Positions 54,316 to 64,000 of a stretch of DNA of 64,000 nt are shown one piece after another. The DNA is from Eledone cirrhosa (lineage: Eukaryota): positions 5,890,001 through 5,954,000 of the forward strand of contig OZ024752.1 in NCBI GenBank assembly GCA_964016885.1. Direction: 5' to 3'. A program made the translations under genes and the position numbers. The notes beneath the pieces are model-generated. The model searched no databases. It worked only from the letters and a program-made list of their open reading frames with translations, and was not told where the DNA came from. Each line of letters starts with the position of its first letter. Within the stretch, counting starts at the first letter, position 1.

Positions 54316-57300
54316 CCACAACAGTCCTGTTACTATTGGTATGTCAACAGTACCACAGCAGTCCTGTCACTACTAGTATGTCAACAGTACCACAACAGTC
54401 CTGTCACTACTAGTATGTCAACAGTACCACAACAGTCCTGTTACTATTGGTATGTCAACAGTACCACAACAGTCCTGTCACTACTAGTATGTTAACAGTA
54501 CCACAACAGTCCTGTTACTATTGGTATGTCAACAGTACCACAACAGTCCTGTCACTACTAGTATGTTAACAGTACCACAACAGTCCTGTTACTATTGGTA
54601 TGTCAACAGTACCACAATAGTCCTGTCACTACTAGTATGTCAACAGTACCACAGCAGTCCTGTCACTACTAGTATGTCAGCAGTACCACAACAGTCCTGT
54701 CACTATTGGTATGTCAACAGTACCACAACAGTCCTGTCACTACTAGTATGTTAACAGTACCACAACAGTCCTGTTACTATTGGTATGTCAACAGTACCAC
54801 AACAGTCCTGTCACTACTAGTATGTCAACAGTACCACAGCAGTCCTGTCACTACTAGTATGTCAACAGTACCACAACAGTCCTGTCACTACTAGTATGTC
54901 AACAGTACCACAACAGTCCTGTTACTATTGGTATGTCAACAGTACCACAACAGTCGTGTTACTATTGGTATGTCAACAGTACCACAACAGTCCTGTCACT
55001 ACTAGTATGTCAACAGTACCACAACAGTCCTGTCACTACTAGTATGTTAACAGTACCACAACAGTCCTGTTACTATTGGTATGTCAACAGTACCACAACA
55101 GTCCTGTCACTACTAGTATGTCAACAGTACCACAACAGTCCTGTCACTACTAGTATGTTAACAGTACCACAACAGTCCTGTTACTATTGGTATGTCAACA
55201 GTACCACAACAGTCCTGTCACTACTAGTATGTTAACAGTACCACAACAGTCCTGTTACTATTGGTATGTCAACAGTACCACAACAGTCCTGTTACTACTA
55301 GTATGTCAACAGTACCACAACAGTCCTGTTACTATTGGTATGTCAACAGTACCACAACAGTCCTGTTACTATTGGTATGTCAACAGTACCACAACAGTCC
55401 TGTCACTACTAGTATGTCAACAGTACCACAACAGTCCTGTTACTATTGGTATGTCAACAGTACCACAACAGTCCTGTCACTACTAGTATGTCAACAGTAC
55501 CACAACAGTCCTGTCACTACTAGTATGTTAACAGTACCACAACAGTCCTGTTACTATTGGTATGTCAACAGTACCACAACAGTCCTGTCACTACTAGTAT
55601 GTTAACAGTACCACAACAGTCCTGTTACTATTGGTATGTCAACAGTACCACAACAGTCCTGTTACTATTGGTATGTCAACAGTACCACAACAGTCCTGTC
55701 ACTACTAGTATGTCAACAGTACCACAACAGTCCTGTCACTACTAGTATGTCAACAGTACCACAACAGTCCTGTTACTATTGGTATGTCAACAGTACCACA
55801 ACAGTCCTGTCACTACTAGTATGTCAACAGTACCACAACAGTCCTGTCACTACTAGTATGTCAACAGTACCACAACAGTCCTGTCACTATTGGTATGTCA
55901 ACAGTACCACAACAGTCCTGTCACTATTGGTATGTCAACAGTACCACAACAGTCCTGTTACTATTGGTATGTCAACAGTACCACAACAGTCCTGTTACTA
56001 CTGGTATGTCAACAGTACCACAACAGTCCTGTTACTATTGGTATGTCAACAGTACCACAACAGTCCTGTCACTACTAGTATGTCAACAGTACCACAACAG
56101 TCCTGTCACTACTAGTATGTCAACAGTACCACAGCAGTCCTGTCACTACTAGTATGTCAACAGTACCACAACAGTCCTGTTACTATTGGTATGTCAACAG
56201 TACCACATCAGTCCTGTCACTACTAGTATGTTAACAGTACCACAACAGTCCTGTTACTATTGGTATGTCAACAGTACCACAACAGTCCTGTTACTACTAG
56301 TATGTCAACAGTACCACAACAGTCCTGTTACTATTGGTATGTCAACAGTACCACAACAGTCCTGTCACTATTGGTATGTCAACAGTACCACAACAGTCCT
56401 GTCACTACTAGTATGTCAACAGTACCACAACAGTCCTGTCACTACTAGTATGTCAACAGTACCACAACAGTCCTGTTACTATTGGTATGTCAGCAGTACC
56501 ACAACAGTCCTGTCACTACTAGTATGTCAACAGTACCACAACAGTCCTGTTACTATTGGTATGTCAACAGTACCACAACAGTCCTGTCACTACTAGTATG
56601 TCAACAGTACCACAACAGTCCTGTCACTACTAGTATGTTAACAGTACCACAACAGTCCTGTTACTATTGGTATGTCAACAGTACCACAACAGTCCTGTCA
56701 CTACTAGTATGTCAACAGTACCACAACAGTCCTGTCACTACTAGTATGTCAACAGTACCACAACAGTCCTGTCACTACTAGTATGTCAACAGTACCACAA
56801 CAGTCCTGTCACTACTAGTATGTCAACAGTACCACAACAGTCCTGTTACTATTGGTATGTCAACAGTACCACAACAGTCCTGTCACTACTAGTATGTCAA
56901 CAGTACCACAACAGTCCTGTCACTACTAGTATGTCAACAGTACCACAACAGTCCTGTTACTATTGGTATGTCAACAGTACCACAACAGTCCTGTCACTAC
57001 TAGTATGTCAACAGTACCACAACAGTCCTGTCACTACTAGTATGTCAACAGTACCACAACAGTCCTGTTACTATTGGTATGTCAACAGTACCACAACAGT
57101 CCTGTTACTATTGGTATGTCAACAGTACCACAACAGTCCTGTTACTACTGGTATGTCAACAGTACCACAACAGTCCTGTTACTATTGGTATGTCAACAGT
57201 ACCACAACAGTCCTGTCACTACTAGTATGTCAACAGTACCACAACAGTCCTGTCACTACTAGTATGTCAACAGTACCACAGCAGTCCTGTCACTACTAGT

Positions 57301-60040
57301 ATGTCAACAGTACCACAACAGTCCTGTCACTACTAGTATGTCAACAGTACCACAACAGTCCTGTTACTATTGGTATGTCAACAGTACCACAACAGTCCTG
57401 TTACTACTGGTATGTCAACAGTACCACAACAGTCCTGTTACTATTGGTATGTCAACAGTACCACAACAGTCCTGTCACTACTAGTATGTCAACAGTACCA
57501 CAGCAGTCCTGTCACTACTAGTATGTCAACAGTACCACAACAGTCCTGTCACTACTAGTATGTCAACAGTACCACAACAGTCCTGTTACTATTGGTATGT
57601 CAACAGTACCACAACAGTCCTGTTACTATTGGTATGTCAACAGTACCACAACAGTCCTGTCACTACTAGTATGTCAACAGTACCACAACAGTCCTGTTAC
57701 TACTAGTATGTCAACAGTACCACAACAGTCCTGTTACTATTGGTATGTCAACAGTACCACAACAGTCCTGTTACTACTGGTATGTCAACAGTACCACAAC
57801 AGTCCTGTCACTACTAGTATGTCAACAGTACCACAGCAGTCCTGTCACTACTAGTATGTCAACAGTACCACAACAGTCCTGTCACTACTAGTATGTCCAC
57901 AGTACCACAACAGTCCTGTTACTATTGGTATGTCAACAGTACCACAACAGTCCTGTTACTATTGGTATGTTAACAGTACCACAACAGTCCTGTCACTACT
58001 AGTATGTCAACAGTACCACAACAGTCCTGTTACTACTAGTATGTCAACAGTACCACAACAGTCCTGTTACTATTGGTATGTCAACAGTACCACAACAGTC
58101 CTGTTACTACTGGTATGTCAACAGTACCACAACAGTCCTGTCACTACTAGTATGTCAACAGTACCACAGCAGTCCTGTCACTACTAGTATGTCAACAGTA
58201 CCACAACAGTCCTGTCACTACTAGTATGTCCACAGTACCACAACAGTCCTGTTACTATTGGTATGTCAACAGTACCACAACAGTCCTGTTACTATTGGTA
58301 TGTCAACAGTACCACAACAGTCCTGTCACTACTAGTATGTCAACAGTACCACAACAGTCCTGTTACTACTAGTATGTCAACAGTACCACAACAGTCCTGT
58401 TACTATTGGTATGTCAACAGTACCACAACAGTCCTGTTACTACTGGTATGTCAACAGTACCACAACAGTCCTGTCACTACTAGTATGTCAACAGTACCAC
58501 AGCAGTCCTGTCACTACTAGTATGTCAACAGTACCACAACAGTCCTGTCACTACTAGTATGTCAACAGTACCACAACAGTCCTGTTACTACTGGTATGTC
58601 AACAGTACCACAACAGTCCTGTCACTACTAGTATGTCAACAGTACCACAGCAGTCCTGTCACTACTAGTATGTCAACAGTACCACAACAGTCCTGTCACT
58701 ACTAGTATGTCAACAGTACCACAACAGTCCTGTCACTACTAGTATGTCAACAGTACCACAACAGTCCTGTTACTACTGGTATGTCAACAGTACCACAACA
58801 GTCCTGTTACTATTGGTATGTCAACAGTACCACAACAGTCCTGTTACTATTGGTATGTTAACAGTACCACAACAGTCCTGTTACTATTGGTATGTCAACA
58901 GTACCACAACAGTCCTGTTACTACTAGTATGTCAACAGTACCACAACAGTCCTGTTACTATTGGTATGTCAACAGTACCACAACAGTCCTGTTACTATTG
59001 GTATGTCAGCAGTACCACAACAGTCCTGTCACTACTAGTATGTCAACAGTACCACAACAGTCCTGTTACTATTGGTATGTCAACAGTACCACAACAGTCC
59101 TGTCACTACTAGTATGTCAACAGTACCACAACAGTCCTGTCACTACTAGTATGTCAACAGTACCACAACAGTCCTGTTACTATTGGTATGTCAGCAGTAC
59201 CACAACAGTCCTGTCACTACTAGTATGTCAACAGTACCACAACAGTCCTGTTACTATTGGTATGTCAACAGTACCACAACAGTCCTGTTACTACTAGTAT
59301 GTCAACAGTACCACAACAGTCCTGTTACTATTGGTATGTCAACAGTACCACAACAGTCCTGTCACTACTAGTATGTCAACAGTACCACAACAGTCCTGTT
59401 ACTATTGGTATGTCAACAGTACCACAACAGTCCTGTTACTATTGGTATGTCAACAGTACCACAACAGTCCTGTCACTACTAGTATGTCAACAGTACCACA
59501 ACAGTCCTGTTACTATTGGTATGTCAACAGTACCACAACAGTCCTGTTACTATTGGTATGTCAACAGTACCACAACAGTCCTGTCACTACTAGTATGTCA
59601 ACAGTACCACAACAGTCCTGTTACTATTGGTATGTCAACAGTACCACAACAGTCCTGTTACTACTAGTATGTCAACAGTACCACAACAGTCCTGTTACTA
59701 TTGGTATGTCAACAGTACCACAACAGTCCTGTTACTATTGGTATGTCAACAGTACCACAACAGTCCTGTCACTACTAGTATGTCAACAGTACCACAACAG
59801 TCCTGTCACTACTAGTATGTCAACAGTACCACAACAGTCCTGTTACTATTGGTATGTCAGCAGTACCACAACAGTCCTGTCACTACTAGTATGTCAACAG
59901 TACCACAACAGTCCTGTTACTATTGGTATGTCAACAGTACCACAACAGTCCTGTTACTACTAGTATGTCAACAGTACCACAACAGTCCTGTTACTATTGG
60001 TATGTCAACAGTACCACAACAGTCCTGTTACTATTGGTAT
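54316..60040. repeat. 5.7-kb 37-bp satellite (about 155 copies) in an SBF intron
   Basis: Unit CACAACAGTCCTGT(T/C)ACTA(TTG/CTA)GTATGTCAACAGTAC. Confidence 0.98.
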
Positions 60041-60441
60041 ACATACATACAAACATGCAGATGTACACACACACACACACACAGATACATGCGCTCACAT
60101 ACACAGGAACACATGCACACACATACACGAGCATACACACACACACACACACACTCACACATGAACACACACCCTCTCTCTCTCCCCCAACACCTTATCC
60201 TACAACCCTTCTGTAATTCACCCCGCTGCTGTCCACATTTCCAGCACTTTAACTGCTGTACTGTTGTTACTAGATCATGTGACCTCTCCCCCCTCTATAT
60301 ACACTGATGTACTGTTGTTACTAGGTCATGTGACCTCCCCCCCCCCCTCTATGCACTGTTTAGGGATATTTGATGCTGATTGGGTGTCTGTGTTGCTACA
60401 GTAGTTGGATGTCGGTTAATTATTACAGCAATAAGTTTATC

Positions 60442-60487
<46 letters not shown>

Positions 60488-60491
<4 letters not shown>

Positions 60492-60927
60492 GGCGCATGG
60501 CTTAGTGGTTAGAGCATTGGGCTTGCAATCGAAAGGTTGTGAGTTCAATTCTCAGACTGGGTGATGTGTTGTTTCCTTGAGCAAGGCACTTTATTTCACG
60601 TTGCTCCAGATTACTCAGCTGTAGAAATGAGTACCGGCCTGCCCACCCAGTCAGGGGGATGGCGTTATCTTATGGCTAAAACAGCACGACATGCTGTGAC
60701 CAGCGACGCCGATTGATGCCCGACAGACTGGTCGGTCAAGGTGATGTATATATATACATACACACTGTAAACGTGGTTGGTGTGAGGAAGGGCATCCAGC
60801 TGTAGAAAACCAGACAGCCCTATACGAGCGAGACATGGCCACCCAACCCATCCTGCCTCAAGTAGGACAATTACCATCTAAACCCATGCTAGCGTGGAAG
60901 ATAGACGTTAAACGTTGATGATTATGA
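60488..60927 (+). mobile_element. tRNA-derived SINE family B (V/CORE-like centre) with RTE-type 3' tail
   Basis: A-box TGGCTTAGTGG, B-box GTTCAATTC, central CCTTGAGCAAGGCACTTT, and tail GGAAGGGCATCCAGCTGTAGAAA...GACGTTAAACGTTGATGAT shared with the RTE 3' UTR. Confidence 0.85.
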
Positions 60928-61061
60928 TATATATATATATATATATATTATACTTGAGGACGACCGACTGAGGCAGAAGCTGCCAAATAGTCGGTCGTCT
61001 TCTTGTCTCTGATTTTCAGCCCCATGGATTTTATCTGTTATATTCCTTTGTTATATTTTGA

Positions 61062-61119
61062 ATACCTGATGATGTCACCGGATTCATACTGAACCCGGTC
61101 ATTGAAATGATCATAGTAT
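61062..61119 (+). ncRNA. Minimal type-I hammerhead ribozyme motif (SBF intron, sense strand)
   Basis: Stem I ATAC/GTAT; CTGATGA at 61066-61072; long symmetric stem II 61073-61103; GAAA at 61104-61107; palindromic helix III ATGATCAT; AUA triplet ending at 61115; AATAAA directly after. Confidence 0.68.
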
Positions 61120-62292
61120 AATAAACTAATGAAAGAAACTGTCTGTCATTAACCCTTCCATTACCATATTTCTAATGAAATACACTGTCTGTCATTAAAC
61201 CACATATTTCTAATGAAAGACACTGTCTATGTCATTAACCCTTTCATTACCATATTTCTAATGAAAGACACTGTCTATATCATTAACCCTTTCATTACTA
61301 TATTTCTAATGGAAGATACTGCTTACGATTTTCAAAAGATTTTGAAAATAACGAAGGCTGTGAAAGGATTTAGTAATTTAGTTAATGTCCTCAAGTTTGT
61401 CCTTGGTGCGTAATGTAACAAACGGTTATACATCATGATGGAAGGTTTTTAGATTAATATAGATACTTAAAAGTTTGTATTGTAGAAGGAGAGGTGTTTT
61501 CAGGCAGTATCAAAATGGGGGAATATATGAAAGAACTGATATAAGTTATGACAGAAGCTAACATCTCCACGTCTAGATGAAATTCTAAACCAATGTTTGT
61601 ATGAAACTAATGTTTTTATTGGGTCTACATTGACTAAAGCTCCTTTTCATGTCTGCTAGATGTTGTCCGACTGCAAGTTTGTCATCTGAAAGAATTATAA
61701 TTTCAAACTATACAGTCTCACTAATCTACATTAAATGGGATTATTTCTTTTCTATTGATGGTTAAAGAAGGATTTTGATGTTTGATAAAGTCCATTGCTA
61801 GAATAGATTTATTTGGAAATCAAATTAACTGGAAAGACTTCATGTTAGTCTTGTAAAGTATTTTACCAGTTGCTTATACATCATAAATAGCCTGCTGTAA
61901 GGGTGGTGTTAAGGTTGTGTATGAGGGTATGGTGTGTGAGGGGAATAGGGTGTGTGAGGACTGTGGTGGTGGTTTTGAGGTGTGAAGACTGAGGTGGTGT
62001 GTTTGCTGAGTAGGGTGTGTGTGTTGGTTATTTTCTTTATGTATTCATAAGTATGGGGGGTAAGAATTCTCTAGATAAACATGCTATCATACATGACAGA
62101 TGGGATAAACTTTATATCTGTGTTATAGATTTTATAGAATTTAAATACTTGTCTGTTTTCTGGAGGATGATTTGCTATCGACATGCGCACGCACACACGC
62201 ACGCACGCACACACGCACACGCACGCACGCACACACGCACACGCACACACACGCGCACACACACGCACGCACGCACGCACGCACGCACGCAT

Positions 62293-62344
<52 letters not shown>

Positions 62345-62506
62345 TAATTCAAATAGAGTTTTAGTGTTCAAATTGTGGGAGTGGGAAAAATCTCAGGCCA
62401 CTTGAGATTATCCTCACAATATCATGACAAAAACTCCCTTTCAGGGTGTTCAGATCACAAGAAGGGAGAGAACTCCTTTAACTCCTTTGATACAAGACTT
62501 TTGAAC

Positions 62507-62551
<45 letters not shown>

Positions 62552-63019
62552 AGTTCAAGGAGACAAAAAACAGAGGTACAAGATGTGTTAGAAGTGTCAC
62601 ACTTTATATTGGAAAGGGGAAAGAAAGTTTGATGTGTTGGGCTTAAGCCCTTCTTCAGGAGTAGAAAAAGAGACAGAAGCACAGGAGAAACAGAAAAAAG
62701 GTCTGAGTAAAGACAAAAAAATTGAAAAAGAAAAGTGAAAACAAGACTAAGAGAGAGTGTTTGAGTGTGATTTAATGTCCATTATATCTAATGTTTATGT
62801 TTGCTCTCACATGCTAGCATGGGTTGGTCACATTTCTGAAGCAATGCTCTACAAGTAGATGATCTTCTTCATAGCAACTGTTAGGAAGTGCATCCATCCA
62901 TAGAAACTAAGCCAAATATGGAATGTATGCGGAATATGAGGTCACTTTGACCTGTCAGACCTCAGATCATGACAACCCCTCCTACATGGAAGGCAGACAT
63001 AACATTATTATTATTATTA

Positions 63020-63405
63020 GGGTGGTGGATTGGCAGTAGGATCGATAGAGCACCAGACACCATGCTCCGTGACATAGAGTTACAGACCTTTACGTTCTGA
63101 GTTCAAATCCCGCCGAGGTTAGCTTTACTTTTCATCCTTACAGGGTTGATAAAACAAAGTACCAGTAACGGACTGGGGCCGATTTAATTGACTTCCCCTC
63201 CCCCCAAATTACTAGAAATCATTGGCAGTGTCGGTAGAGGGTTGGACGCCATGCTTTGCAGCATAGAGTTACGGCCCTTTATGGTCCGGGTTCAAATCCC
63301 ACCGAGGTTAACTTTGCCTTTCATCCTTATGGAGTCGATAAAATAAAGTACCAGTAATACACTGGGGTAATTTCTGGCCTTGTTCCAGAAGTAGAAACAA
63401 TTATT
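63020..63405 (+). mobile_element. Two head-to-tail SINE family A copies
   Basis: Two B-box/core units at about 63100 and 63290. Confidence 0.85.
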
Positions 63406-63544
63406 ATATAATGTTAATAATATTATATGATACTTCATTTACTGACATTAGTTATGACTATTCTACTATATGACTATTTAGCACATATATTGGTGTTCTA
63501 CATATTAGATAGGTAGGTAGGTAGGCGAGTTGATGGTCTGTTGT

Positions 63545-63760
63545 TCTTCTTCTTCACGCACTTATTCCTGAGAGGGTCGTGGGGGAAGAGTCCTCAAACA
63601 CTCCTTCCAGTGGGTCCTCTCAGAAGCAACCATCTCTAACTGATCCAGCCCGATCCCCAAGTGAGATCAGCCAAGCTGATCCAACCATCTTTCTCAGGGT
63701 CTACCCCTGGGTCTCCTGCCAGTTGGTGTTGCCCATAAAATCTGTTGGTCTATTGTTGAC
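63545..63760 (-). mobile_element. RTE-like 3' remnant with (GAA)n tail (related piece at 1165-1380)
   Basis: QQILWATPTGRRPRGRP...GLDQLEMVASERT; homologous to 1177-1300. Confidence 0.65.
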
Positions 63761-63940
63761 ATATATGTATGTATGTATGTATGTATGCATGTATGCATGT
63801 ATGCATGTATGCGTGTGTGTGTGTGTGTATATATATACACGCACACACATATATATATTAAAGAAGAGATATGTATCATATGAGTGGAGGAGTTTGTTTT
63901 TAAATGTATTGCCTTCTCCTCCATTCATTCCGAGTGTGTG

Positions 63941-63984
<44 letters not shown>

Positions 63985-64000
63985 CCAGCAATAAATGACC

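Noticed and set aside
54316-60040. CRISPR-like array (37-bp period); likewise the 20-72 bp arrays
   Set aside because: Head-to-tail units with no unique spacers, no cas genes, and a eukaryotic intron context.
60490-60565. tRNA gene
   Set aside because: A and B boxes run into the SINE body, copies are dispersed, and there is no complete cloverleaf.

Overview
AT-rich, repeat-dense animal genomic DNA. The SINE/RTE repertoire suggests an octopus or other coleoid cephalopod (inference). Two spliced genes point away from each other. On the minus strand, two in-phase exons (13250-13370, 8641-8823) encode the N-terminal FHA region of a PHLDB1/LL5-like protein. On the plus strand, three in-phase exons (52195-52452, 53363-53465, 54001-54117) encode the uDENN/DENN region of SBF1/SBF2 (MTMR5/13). 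A 200-N scaffold gap (51693-51892) lies between the two genes. The rest consists of RTE, CR1/L2-type and Tx1/L1-type LINE fragments, two tRNA-derived SINE families, three TTAA-flanked MITE families, microsatellites and about 15 minisatellite arrays. Two signals stand out. (1) Four sequence-unrelated minimal type-I hammerhead ribozyme motifs have intact cores and palindromic or near-palindromic helix III, as in Penelope-associated hammerheads. Three of them sit just downstream of a strong unique hairpin, and two share an unusual U-U pair closing stem II. Decayed relatives also occur. (2) Several homogeneous minisatellites are in-situ amplifications of 27-72 bp pieces of different transposons. 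No bacterial-type system (CRISPR, operon) is present. All calls were made by eye, with no searches or folding programs run.
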